Below are positions 51,850 through 64,000 of a stretch of 64,000 bases of DNA, piece by piece. The stretch spans positions 80,292,001-80,356,000 of the forward strand of contig OZ076409.1 in the NCBI GenBank assembly GCA_964187785.1, in the 5' to 3' direction. The notes beneath the pieces are model-generated. The model searched no databases. It was given only the letters and a program-made list of their open reading frames with translations, and was not told the DNA's origin. Origin of the DNA: Amphiscolops sp. MND2022. Its lineage: Eukaryota. Within the stretch, counting starts at the first letter, position 1. Each line of letters opens with the position of its first letter. A program made the translations under genes and the position numbers.

Positions 51850-54800
51850 ATAAAGTTAGGTTAGGTTTTAATGATGAGAGTTAGACGAATCCGTTTAACT
51901 TCGTTGAATGTGAGTTGTAGTCAACAAGGGCAATACAGTCTTCAGGGTCTAGGAGGTTCAATGTGTCAATGTCTTCAGGTCTGACGTCATGGTATAGACC
52001 GCACGTCAGAAAGGAATGTTCTGCAGTCTCTTCACTTTTGCCACAACGACACATTGGAGATTCCGTTTGCCACTTTTTCCGAGCGTAATCAACTAAGGCG
52101 AAAGAATTGCCAAAAAGCATTCCACATATTTTGATGGCTTCATACCTTTGGAGGTTGAAAAGGCGCGATGGAGTGTTACAAGCTATTGGAGTTTTGGTGA
52201 AACATTGCAGAAATGACTTGTTGTCATTATTTTTCCACCTAGCTGGTTGTATGAAAGGGCTGACAACTTGCTGTTTGTATCTCGTATAATTTCGAATTCT
52301 CAAATTTTCCGAATCGGGTAACATGACTCTCGAGGAGGTTCGCAACACTGTCCGAAAAAGAGGAAGATGCACTAAGTGTCCAATGTGGTAAATCGTCTTC
52401 TAGTTTGAGCTTCAAGAGAAATTTGACGTTGATGGCTGTACTCAGAAGATCAAGAGGCTGCGTGCCCAGGAGAACCTGACATGAGTCGATATTCGGCGAA
52501 AATCCGCGTCTAAGGACAGTCCTACTGAATTCATTTTGTAATGTTTTGACGTATTTGAGGTTTCTTTAGAGCCATAACGGTGCTGTATAAAAAAGTTAGG
52601 GTAACATGGTGGTTTGTACGAAGGAACAAGCGTTGAAACTGCAAGGCCTCATTTTCTACTGCATACCGACTTTCTTATACTCCAATTTCGCTTTGCTTTC
52701 CTGATTGTTTTAGAAGAATGCTCCCGGTACTTGAGCTTGCTACCAATAATTACTCAGAGAGACTTTCGGTTTTTTAAGCTTGACATTTATCACCATTGAG
52801 GGACGAGCGTTCGAAGTCTTTCCACTCGCAGTTGAAAAGGATTAATTCGGTTTTTCCTCCGTTCACTAAAATTCTCCAATCAGCACACCACTTCTGGATG
52901 TCAGACTAAATTTTTCAGGGGATGGCAGATAACTGTGACTAATCTTTGCCAGTGACAATGACAGAACTATCGTCTGCAAAATTGAATTTCTGTGCTTGAT
53001 TACTGCGGAAGTCGTTTGGGAAGATGATGAAGACCATTGGCGACAACACACTTCCCTGTGGAACCCCAATGGTTGTCTGGACTTTCGGAGATTGGTATCC
53101 CTTCAATAAGATGGAAGCCAGTCTGCTTTTTAAAAACGGTTTAATTATCCAATACATTCTGCCAAAAATATTGTGATCCAACAGTTTAAAGAGAAGGCCG
53201 TCCACCCACACGCTATCGAAAGCCTTTTCGAGGTCAATGTTAAGCAGAGCCGTCGATAAACGTGAACGTTTGGCATTTTCCAGCATGAGATGTAGCCTGT
53301 AGAGCGATCGAGTGGTGTTTCTTTTCGATCTGAAACCTTCCTGTTCGTCACCAAGCATTCCATTTACATCGAGATGTGATTTGATTCTAGTTGCAATTAT
53401 TCTTTTCAGCGTTTTGCCGATATGACGGTAGATGAAGAGTGGTCGATATGAAGAGCATTCATCATATCTCTCTTTGTTTGGTTTGCGTATGCAGACGACT
53501 CATGACTCCGTCAATGGCCAAACATGATATTCGCAGCAGGCATTGAAAATGATAAGCAGAAAAAAGAGTGCCTTAGTGTCCAAATTCTTTATCATTGTCA
53601 CATGGAGACCATCAATATCAAAAGATTTAGTGAAAGTTGATTTCAAAATGGCATTCTTCAATTCATCTATAGTAATTTCATCTTGAAATACTTCATGTGG
53701 TCGATTAATTTTGGCTTCCTTTTGTAGTTGTGTTGCATCGTTGAATCTTTGCTTTTCAGATGTTCTCCTCCAGAAAACGTGATTCCAAATCCATTGCTAA
53801 GTTCCTTTGGAGAATATAAGAGCCTTCCTTTCTTTCTGCGTATCAGTACAACTTCTTCAGGTTCAGTGTTGAATAATTTTTTGTAGGAAGTCCAAAACAC
53901 TCTTCCTCTTTTATGCTCAAGCGAGGACACATAGTTTTCATCCATTCAGTTACAATTTTGTTGAGAAGAATTTTGAAACGTTCCTTTGCTGCCTTCAGTT
54001 TTTCTCCGTTCTCAAGTGTGAGCTCCAAAACGGTTTGCTATGATTTGAAACACATTTGAGGGGTATGTGATCAAACGAAATTTCCAGAAGCAGATTCTTG
54101 AACTTGTTCCAAAGTAAAACAGGATCGTCCTCAACCACCATGAGATCATCTGTTCGGCCCTCATTGAAAGATACCCAATCAGTTTTTCCGATCCATAATT
54201 ACTTGGTATTCTCAGTGTTGCTACTACGTTTCAATCTGATAATAACAAGAGCATAGCCCTGAGTGGAATACCGGTGAACAACTCTGCAATATCATCCGTA
54301 GACAGAGGTGTTTACATCTATCGAACAGAGGCCCACAACAGATGCAAAGATCGATAACGCTGCAGCCATTTGCTGCAGAAAACGTAAGCTCGCCTCCGTT
54401 GAGAATGCTGAAGTGGTCGGTTCTTTGAACTAATTCCTCACCTAACAAGTTACACGATTAAGCGCCTCTATAGGTATGTCTTGCAATGATGTCACCAGAG
54501 AAAAGAGCTCCGTTCAGGCAGTTTTTGTAAAAATACGTTTTGCAACTTTGTATAACTTTCGTGGTTTTTCCCAAGTCCTCCTTGTCATCGGGTCCGACGT
54601 ATGAAGTAGATACAACTAACTTATTTCCGCCCAGCCTAACAGTCAAAACAACATTATCAACAATGGTTTCCTCGAGTTGATTAGGTCTTGAGTAAGAGAT
54701 GTGATTTTTCAACAATACTGCGACACCCCCTGAATTTCCACCCATACAGCTGATTGTTCTGAATTTTCGAATAGATTTGCGCTAATTTTTGTCTTTGTTT

Positions 54801-55200
54801 CATAAAGAAAAACAATGTCAGCTTCAGTTTGTTGAAGGTATTTAATGCAATTTTACAATGGTTACTGAGGCCTCAAATATTAATCTGCAAAAAAGCGAAG
54901 CCAGAGTTAGCCTTTGTTTTTTGACACAGGGTTTCTCGAAGTCGGTGCTTGTAGACGTCGTGTCTCAAAAACTATTTGATTCTGTTTGATGTAAGTCGGG
55001 CAGTCAAGAGAATTAGTTTTGTGGTTTCCGCTGCAATTCGCACACCTGGCAGGCTGATTGTTTTCGCAATTGTCGACAGTGTGCTCACCGGAGCAATGTT
55101 TGCATGACACTTTCGAATAGCAATTGGAACTGACTTGTCCGAACTTTTGACATCGGTAGCAGCGGATTAATCGTATTCCATGCTGTATCGGAAAATAATG
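51850..55200 (-). mobile_element. Degenerate near full-length I/Jockey-like LINE (ORF1 zinc knuckles, APE endonuclease, RT, C-terminal CCHC)
   Basis: RCYRCQKFG / CKHCSGEH / CANCSGNH knuckles; GGVAVL, GDIIARH and SVIDL (EN); QEGFR, DLEKAFDSV, GVPQGSVLSP and FADD (RT); CRCGKSEETAEHSFLTC. Many stops and frameshifts. Confidence 0.88.
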
Positions 55201-56869
55201 TCCTCAGAAAAAGGTGATTGGAAAAGTGACGTGCTTTACTCAATGAATGCGGGAACGTTGAAAATCAAAAATTCGGACTGTACTGTAATGGAGTCAAGGT
55301 TTTGAACCTGATGGTCAAGTGCAAAAGAGACTAGCTTTCCGCGGTTTTCCTTTCAACGCAACAATGCCAATTTCAATCAATGCCAATTCAAACTGGCTAA
55401 TGCTACCTTGACGGAATCTTTTTCATGTCTTCTGTAAGTGAGAAACAGTTTAGTAATCCGAAGTGATGTTGGGAATACGTAAAGCAAACCTGGCGAACAG
55501 GGTTTCTGATACCGATGAACAACCGCATGACGGTTTGCTCAATGCTATGAAAACGGTTTAGACTGTCAAAAACGGATACTGCTCTCCCTCCCTCACTGCT
55601 GCACAGACTGCAATAAAAGTTAAGCTGAAAGTGAACAATACTAAGTGTTGACAATGCAGCCGACTATATTTAAATGAATGAAGTGACAAAAAAAGAAAGT
55701 TTTGAGGAACTTGCAATTCAAACCTCAAAAAAACTAGTGAACGAATTCTACCAATATATCGGCGAGTTAAATAGAAAATTGTATGCCTGTCGCTGTCAAA
55801 GTCGTTTTCGTGGATTTTGTCAAATTGTTCAAACATTTTTAAAACGTGTGAGACCGAAGAACAACTGTTACTTGGGAAACCAATCTCATATAGGAAACAA
55901 GACGTTCCTGTATGTTGTAAGCCTAACGTTTGTGACAAACATAATACATAGGCTGTTTGTTTCCCTTTTCACAAATTGAATTTGTTTAGTAATGAATACG
56001 CGCAGGGTGATTAATAACATCAACAACTCCCAAGCCTCACCCTCTCAGCTGTTGGTGAGCGGGAAGTGACACAGCTCTTGAGCTTTTACACAAACTCCAG
56101 GAATGGCGAGACACAGGAGAAAGCAACCAGTAACCCGGATAAAAGCATCACTTCCAGGTTGTTTCTTGCCAAATAATATCCATATGTTTCTTTTAAATTT
56201 CTGACAACTGCTCTTATTGATTTTTTTCCTAAACACAAATTTGAAGCCCGTCTTTTTAAAATACATAAGTATGCCAGGAAAGCGTACTGCACCAAGTTTT
56301 CCGTTTCAGTAAGATGTCCCGGTTCAGTCCCGGACGTGTGAACAGAAACACTTCCGACCTTGTCATCAGCACTTCTAGAACAAAGTACAGCTAAAGCAAC
56401 GAAGCAGGCAACTCATTCGTATTGAGGAGCAAAACTGCCTGAATTGAGCCATTTTGTTGAGTCGTACCCGCTTTGAAAGCTGAACAAGGTGGTGATTGTA
56501 GCAGGCTTCCACGATCATGGAAACAGAGCCAGAGTGTTCGGCGAAAACTGGCGATACCTGGTCCAGCTCGTAATCCGGAAATTAATCCCTCAACACTTAT
56601 TATCACCAAACCCATCAGCTTCTCAAATAATAGAAACATCAATCATAAAACTTATATATAGAATTTAACCCTTTCCAGTTTAATTAACTCCCTGCGACTG
56701 CCAATAATCTCACCTAATTTCAACCTCGGTTTTGACAGTAAGATTTTTCCACGTGACGATGTCCATTTTTCATTTTTAGGTACCTTTATATTTACAAATA
56801 TTCTCCAATTTTACATGAATTCATTTGTACTTATACCTAACGAATGTTGTGTGACATAACAATCGGCAG

Positions 56870-58155
56870 TTTTACCCCATCATAGCCGACCGGAAAGATT
56901 GCAGCCACTGCGCTAAAAATCTCCATCAAAATGGTGTGTGGTGCGGTGTATGCGGCGACCTCCACCTAAAATGCAGCGGCTTGAAGAACAAAAAGTGTTG
57001 AAGAAGGATTTCGTTTGCGCCAATTGCGAACCCCCACTGCAAGTCCCCCCACCACCGCCAATTCTTCACGCAACGGGACATTCCTCCGACACCTGGAATT
57101 TGTGGAACATGACGACTACCAAACAAACATTAACAAAATCTTTATCAAGAACATAATGTACAAAGAGATAGTTAACTGGCGACCGTAGTTTTTCACCCTA
57201 CTGAGAAAGAACAAAACAGAACACGTTTTTATAGATACTCTCCATTCAACATTGTCTGCTCTCTTAGAAATATCTAAAGATGCGTTGTTGGTTGTTATGG
57301 GGTTGCCCCATCTTGTACTCCCACGAACGAAAAGCAAAAATGATGGATCACAGAATCAAACGCTAACGCGACGGTTGGATTGTGGTGGTACGGGCATTTC
57401 GACAATCGGTTTCATGAAGCGAGAGCTCTATAACTACGTGTAAGGAGACGCCAAGCCAAACAAAATATGTTTTCAAAAACTCTGATCACCCTGTGACATC
57501 TGGACAAATTTCGAATACGCTCTGGTGTCTAGAAGATCAAAAACCTCACGTACTGTCGCTAAGCGATTAAATTGACAACAAAACTGTCAACCAAATGTTG
57601 ATCGAAAAACTTCCAGTGCCAGCAGACATAAGAGAAAATTACTTGGTTGAGAATCTTTTCGAACAAACTCGCCCTTCCACCCCTCAATCATTGACCAACT
57701 TTACGACCCAACGATTCGAAATGCCGCCATGAAAACTCAAGGTAGTCAACGACCATCAGGTGTAAACGCTAATGAATGACACGTTTTAATCGTACGTTTT
57801 TCGATGTTCAATCCTGATGCAAAATTTTGCACCAGAACGATCACGGAAGCCTATAAACTTCATGAAGCTCAAAAACGATTGAAGTACGATCAGCGAATAG
57901 TCGAAGTTGAAAACAGCTTCTTTAACCCGCTCGTGTTTGCCACCATAGGTGGAGCCGCACCGACCGCCTCGAAGATAATGAGCAGGCTTGCATTCCAACT
58001 GAGCGAAAAAAGTGAAGACACTTATGCAGAGGTAATGGGCTACATAAGTACGAAAGTAATCTTTGCCCTACTGAAAAGCTCCGTTCTGTGCCTCCGCGGG
58101 TGCCGTTCACTCAAACGACAACCTGAAACCGTTGATTCTGCGATCGGTGCAATTA
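56870..58155 (+). mobile_element. Internally deleted CRE-like (restriction-like endonuclease) non-LTR element
   Basis: Pre-RT motif RNAAMKTQGSQRPSGVNANE is fused to the C-terminal domain FFDV..FNP..HEAQKRLKYDQRIVEVE..FNPLVFATIGG..LCLRGCRS. The left boundary is approximate. Confidence 0.7.
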
Positions 58156-58550
58156 ACCAATTCAGAAACGAAATGGAAAAAAGACAAAAAAGGAAACAAG
58201 ACGTTAAAAATCAGCTATCAGTTGTTGTGGGATGCAGAGATTGGTCGAGTCGCCTATCACAGTCTCCTGCTTCAGAAAGAAGCATTTGATATTAAACATC
58301 TCGAAATCTCAACAGGAGTTGAAATGTTGCCGACTTTTTGGTCAAGGACGGAGTTCCCAGCAGAAACACAATCAAAAAGTATCACATGTTGAAGTATTGT
58401 TTCTGTTTTGTTTCTGTATTGTTTCTGTTGAAGTATTTATTTCTTTCGCCATCAAAGCCATTGAACCAAAAAAACCGCACTCAACAAAATAACTGAAAAT
58501 CAGTTTCTTGAAAAAAAAGTCTCCCAGCATTCTGGCTACCGCAGATATTG

Positions 58551-58930
58551 AACAAGCTGGGACCGGCCCAAGTCGGCGCCATATCTAAGGCTCAAAAATA
58601 GCAAAAGCACTTCAAAATGTCAAACTTTTGGTGAATTGGGGAATTATGAAACACAAATTGAAAAAAGTCTCGCAATGCCGAAAAAGCTGAAAGTGGGACC
58701 CTTTGGTCTCGTCCGGTATTGTATTTATGGAGGACACTTTTTTGGTTCAGTTCCTTGGGCCAACGGGTTCAATTTGGCGGCTTCTTTAAATTTTGCAGAA
58801 CTTTTGGGCGTAGAACTATTTTGGTCATTTCAGGTGTATTGAAAAAAAAATTTGAAAATGAAAAAAAAACACTGACGAAAAGCCATGACTATAGTCGACT
58901 CTTTTCTCTAGAAAAGCGCCGACTAAAAAA
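58551..58930 (-). mobile_element. Helentron-like non-autonomous element, family A
   Basis: AACAAGCTGGGACCGGCCCAAGTCGGCGCC ... AAGCGCCGACTAAAAA. Confidence 0.7.
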
Positions 58931-59067
58931 TGCGAGGACCAAACGGACTCCATCTAAAATGATTTTTTCCAAAAGATTTCTTCTGCCATGGCTAAATTCC
59001 TCCAGAAACATTTGAAGATTGTAAAATTTGCAGTTGCTTTTCCTCTTTATACCAAAAAGACAGATGC

Positions 59068-59931
59068 TGTTACGGGTACTGCACGGGTCGTTGTTTTGGG
59101 TGGAGTTAATTCTAACTAATTTAGTAGGGGTGTAAAAATTCCTAGTTTCGTTGTCCGTTTCTTCTTCAGCGCTTTCCCTAACATTTCCTCTTGTTTCAGG
59201 CCTAAGGAGTCTTAGTATTTCCTTTTGGGACTCTACAGGGAGATTTTTAATCTCGGACGTGATCTCTTCCTTTAGAGAGGCTCCTAAAACTTCTAAGAGG
59301 CTACCTTCTATTATTTGAGACTTCGGCCTTGACGGACCTGCAACGCCTACTTCTTGGTCCAAAGGACAAGAGTTTTCTGCTATAACTGGTGAAACAAAAC
59401 CTTCACTTACGTTTTCAACAACCTCCTGCTGGTTGTTTCTTTTCTGGCTTCTAGTTGTAGACATCTTGTTGAAGATACTTTGATTTTGTAATTTCAATTG
59501 ATTTTTGAGAGTATATTTCAACTGAGTTGAGGCAAAGCAGAGGAAAGTTTTAGCGACTATATATCGCAAGAACAAAAGACTGAGTCCCTCAATCATCGCA
59601 TTTTTCCGTATTTATACCCTCCCAGCATCATTTGATCACGACTAAAATCCCAAGTTTCCCCGAACATTTAGTCATTTCTTGTTTCATCGATGAAAAAATC
59701 ATTAAGATCCCATTTTTGCGTCGATTTTTCGTATTTCGTCAAATTTTAAGACACGACTACAATTTTCGGTATTAGTCACTTATCACGAGCATATCATTTC
59801 ATCCCGGCGTCCTTTTGTTTCCTCCCAAACAGGAAGTAGATATTACTTCAGTCTATCAAACCGGAAATGATTCCCTGTTTTACTGTTTCGGTTCGCGGGA
59901 AATTGACCCTGAGATGAGGCTGACGTGAACA
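59068..59931 (-). mobile_element. Putative solo LTR carrying a gag-like N-terminus
   Basis: Minus strand TGTTCACG...CGTAACA; internal ORF MSTTRSQKR..SLKEEITSEIKNL..YTPTK..STRN. No TSD found. Confidence 0.5.
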
Positions 59932-61093
59932 ACTAACGGTTGATTTTGGAATTCAACTTGATCGAACTCGAAAACTAATTTTCAAATTGTGAATATTTGA
60001 GCGATGCTAGGAGAACATTCTGTTGGATTGGAGATGATGAGTACCAAATTAAAAGCAAAGCTTAACATTCACAAGCATATATACGTAAAGATCAACAGCT
60101 CACCACTATACAAATCTGACAGGACACTTGCGACAAGATTATACATTTTAGTGAATGCACAAACGCAACTAGTGGTTGTATAATAACAATTCCAAAACAC
60201 CTTTAGCAACGATAATTTTAACAAAGAATTAACGTAAGAAACACGATTACAAACTCAACCAGTTTATGTAAATTCAACAAACTAGGTACAAAGATACAGT
60301 CATTTAGAAAATACATTTCTCGTACAAAATAATCTAAATGCGCTTCAGTCATGAATATAAACTGTGACAAGTGTTTATACAATCACAAAACCTCAACAGG
60401 TTGTAATTTTTAGGATATCCTTCAGTTGCCAGCGAAAATTTGACGATAGGTTGATGTACAATCCGAATATCATCACTTTCATCATAATTTTGATTAACCT
60501 AAGAATACATGATTTTCCCGATCTTGGATCATTAAAACAGCGTTTACTTCATTACTTTAGTTGGATTAAACCGGTTTTTTTATGGATTTTGGACGTAATG
60601 TGGACGTACGTATTATCATTAGCCTTAGTCCACCACAGCAGTGGACGTACTGTGGAATTAAAATCGGAATGAAAATCAGTGGCCTGTCAGCACTGTGACG
60701 TCATATTGGCAGAAAATTGGAATGATTTCAAGTGATGTCACTAATACAGGCGGTTAATTGGAATGGTTTTCTGGTAAGCGCGGACGAGGCAGTGACGTCA
60801 CCTCGTATGCCCTCAATTCTTGTCTGCGTCTTGCTGACGACAAATGTACATGTACTCTCATTTCTATCGCCGCCTTGTTTACTTAACGCAATATCGACGT
60901 CCTAAACCACGCTAATTGCTATTCAAAGGGTAATTAAGCTGCTTTTCTTTAAAAAGGCCCAATTCTCCGGCGTGCCATCTCAGTGTATTTTCTATTTCAG
61001 ATCTGATTGATGTTCTTTTGTGAAATGACTTTGAATATAATTTCATTTTGTTTTCATTTAGATTTGTCTATGATCTCTTTATTTTAAAACGTG

Positions 61094-61588
61094 TTATAAT
61101 TTAGTTTTCAATGGGCCGCGGGGAGATTCAAAGTACGAGTCGGCGTCGTCTTCTGTTGCTTGCCTTACGAATTCAGCAATGTCGCTGATTGTTTGGGAGG
61201 ACGTTTCTTCTACGTGGTGTTTTTCCACAACGAACACATCCGAGTTCAGAGAAGAGTCGGGGCTTTCTGGCGAGTCTGCGTATTCTTGTTCAGGACACTG
61301 TTCTTTGTCCATTCTCGCATACGCGAGATCTTCCTCGTTCAGGGATTCAAAACTGGAGTTGAGTCGCATCCTTTTGCAGTTGTTTTCGAGAGATTCTGCG
61401 GATAGGTCAAAATACTCTTCCTAATCGGCTATTACACCTGCCGACGAGTGCGATATCTCTAGCACTACGCGGTAGTTCATGTGTTGTGGCTTGGGCAAAG
61501 GGGTGGAGGATCTTTCTGACGCCATTTCTTCGTCTTCAGTAGCTGAAGAAAGATCAATCAGCTCGTAAACATTTTTCAGGGCTTCCAT
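61094..61588 (-). pseudogene. Disrupted acidic low-complexity ORF, probably a TE accessory gene
   Basis: MEALKNVYELIDLSS..., with one frameshift and one stop, continuing into ORF 61094-61369. Confidence 0.35.
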
Positions 61589-61784
61589 TTAGCTGCTGTT
61601 TTGATTATTGATTGTTAGACAATGATTTTAGGATTAATTTAGGATTAGGGAGAATATTGGGATAAATCCCTATATTCTGATTGGTTAATCAATCTTTTTA
61701 ATCCTTTTTAATCCTCAGGTGTTGACGTTAAGTCAACGGCGCTTTTTTATTGGCTGCAAATTGAATAATTCGCTAATAAACCAA

Positions 61785-61981
61785 TTTTGTCAACGTTATT
61801 CTGACGTCAATTTCGCTAACTTTTGTCTAGCTTTGATTTTTGTCACCGTTATGATGACGTCATTATAGATTACAGGATTAATGTTTTAATCCCGATAACC
61901 TTTTTTGTCGACGTTATGTTGACGTCAATTTCGTTGGTAACTAGCCAACTTTTGGGTTTTGTCACCGTTATAGTGACGTCG
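61785..61981. repeat. Four copies of a 25-bp motif ending in TGACGTC(A/G)
   Basis: TTTTGTCNNCGTTATNNTGACGTCR at 61785, 61838, 61903 and 61957. Confidence 0.85.
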
Positions 61982-62035
61982 GTTTCATTTGCTGTTCTCA
62001 CTTTTATCCTTTGTTTTTCAGATTGCTGTTTCGTG

Positions 62036-64000
62036 ATGTTTTCATACCGTCGTGTTGACCCTGGTGTGCAGAGTGGCAACAAAACTCAAATCTTCTATTC
62101 AGAAGGGGACGTCCGAGTGAGTGACGCTGACAATTTGGAGTTCCAGCCTGTTGCTGGTTAGTCCATCATTCCCCAATCCATTAGGCTTTTTTGAATAATA
62201 CTGGCTCGCAAATAGGCCTTTTCTGCGATTTGTATTTCCACAGCTTAGTTTTTCTGACGCGTCGAAGTATGGGAATGTGTGTTCTTTTTAGTTCCTGTTA
62301 CGACTTCCGTCGTCACTGCGTCAACTGTCCCTCTTGAGGAAGTCCCTGATTCAAGTACTGTTGTTACTGCTCCACCTGTACTCCCTGTCATGGTTCCTGC
62401 CCCTACTACTGTCGCTCCTGTTCCGCCTGCTCCTTCAATTGAAGTCCCTGACGCGTCTGTTGGCGCAGCTGTTTCGTTGGTGCATGCTTCCTCTCAGGAG
62501 GATTCAGATGTGCCTCTTTCTAGATTCCTTGTTAGGTCAACTGGGTCTGTGACAGTTTCTCCTCGCGTAGGTGAGGACGGCTGCCCGCCGCCAGAAAAAT
62601 TAGGAGGAAAATCTTGGAAGGTCATCCCTGAGAAAGAAGCTGGCAAAAACTCCAAGACCTCTCCTAGTTTCTCGCGATTTTTGCCAAACTTCGCTGAGAC
62701 CTTTAGCAGACTGGAGACTTCACAACCTCCTGTTCAAGGTAGGCTTTCAGTCACCATCTGTTTTGGGTGTTTCTTTATTGGAGTGGTCTGTAGCTACGCT
62801 GAACGACCGTGACTTCGTTGTTTGTTGGCGTAATTGTACTGCTTGTTTGTTTTTACAGTTACTCCTTCTAATCCTGCTGAGTCTTCTGGGAAGCGACGTC
62901 GCACCGTCACTCTGACTGCCGTTGCTCAGTCACAAAAGTTCCAGATTGAGAGTAGTGGTGGCGAGGAGTCGCATACGGGGCTTGCCGCCTATACTTCGCA
63001 GCTGCTCTGTTTGGTGAGGCTGTAGCCTCCGAATTGGAAACCCAGACCGTCGAGCCTTTCGTTGCTAGTTAGTATTTTTCTCTCCCTTTGTGTGTTGATG
63101 TTCGGCTTTTCTGGGGCGTGTAGTAGTGTATCTTGGGTTGGACCATTCGTTGATGGTTCTTTGTCTAAGTTGAGAGTCGTTGTGTTTGTTATAGAGTTCG
63201 AAGAGTTAGTGACTCGTGGGGAGACGAGTCTTGAGAATGTCAGTCCGTCACGACGACGATCGCGGCCCCAGAATCTTCGGAATCGGTTGCGGCGCAGCAT
63301 GGTTAAAGATCACTCTGTCTTCGAGTTATTTGTGAGCGGTTCCGGTTCTGGCGTTGAGACCGCCTTCTTTTGTACCCTCTGTCAGCGGGATGTTTCGATT
63401 GCGACCAAGGGCGTCCGGGAGATCAGTCGGCATTTTGCAAGTGACAAGCGTTGGGTACTCGATGTTACTTATCGTGTGCATCAGGGCTTGCAGGTCTACA
63501 ATAAGTTGTTAGATCCCATGGACTTGAGCGACGCTCAGACGCGAGAATATTTTGCCCTTCAAGGAGAAACCCGAAGGCTTCAGTTTTCCTGAGGACTTGT
63601 TGCCTGCTTGTACCCGAGTAGACTCCAGCGTACCACTGATGGCCATGGTAAACTGCCTGGTCGAGCTCCTTCGAAGCGGGGCAACTATTTGCTGTTGAGG
63701 AAATTGTGGGGGCATTTTTGGGCCACTTTGGGTTCTGATAACCCGCTATACAGCTTGGCAAGGAGTCGCGGAGAGTCTTTGGTGAGTGTATTTTCTCTTT
63801 CGTTTTCCTTTGGTAGTTTTGCTTGCTTGTTCTTCTTTGCTTTTTCTCAGAGTAGGAGTTCGTTTCGAATGACTTTTGTGGTAAAGAGTTTTGTTATGTT
63901 TCAGTCGTTGGTGTGCCAGGGCCTGTTCCCACGAATTCTGCGTACAGTGATTGCCCGGATTGGTGATTTCAGAAGCTACAGCATTGTGTTTGTTGATCGA
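62036..64000 (+). pseudogene. Spliced BED-like zinc finger / hAT-transposase-like gene, frameshifted, running off the window
   Basis: Phase-consistent exons 62036-62156, 62292-62738, 62859-63067, 63195-63781 and 63905-end. Motifs FFCTLCQRDVSI..GVREISRHF and YSIVFVD. Frameshifts near 62995 and 63555. Confidence 0.55.

Noticed and set aside
61785..61981. CRISPR-like look (25-bp repeats, 28-40-nt spacers)
   Set aside because: Eukaryotic context, no cas genes, repeats are degenerate, and spacers 1 and 3 resemble each other (a dimer duplication).

Overview
AT-rich eukaryotic genomic DNA with spliceosomal introns, most likely from an invertebrate animal (organism inferred, not provable here), with two 200-N assembly gaps. 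Three co-directional multi-exon genes can be rebuilt on the minus strand with consistent GT-AG phases: TMEM19 (5 coding exons, 319 aa), a POMGNT1/GT13-like type II membrane protein with an ILEI-type stem and a degenerate active site (8 exons, 883 aa), and ARFGAP1 (8 exons, 447 aa, plus a candidate 18-nt microexon). The rest is mostly transposon-derived. It includes an L2-type LINE interrupted by a Ty3/Gypsy remnant, a hAT element with TIRs and an 8-bp TSD, a Tc1 remnant, TA-flanked MITEs, a CORE-like tRNA SINE, I/Jockey-like LINEs, an internally deleted CRE-like element, putative solo LTRs carrying a gag N-terminus, and a spliced hAT-like pseudogene at the right edge. The most notable structures are at least three sequence-unrelated non-autonomous families sharing one Helentron/DINE-1-like end architecture, an apparent MITE-derived intron inside the hAT transposase, and a possible polycistronic arrangement around TMEM19 and the POMGNT1-like gene. 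No database searches were run; family assignments rest on recognised motifs.
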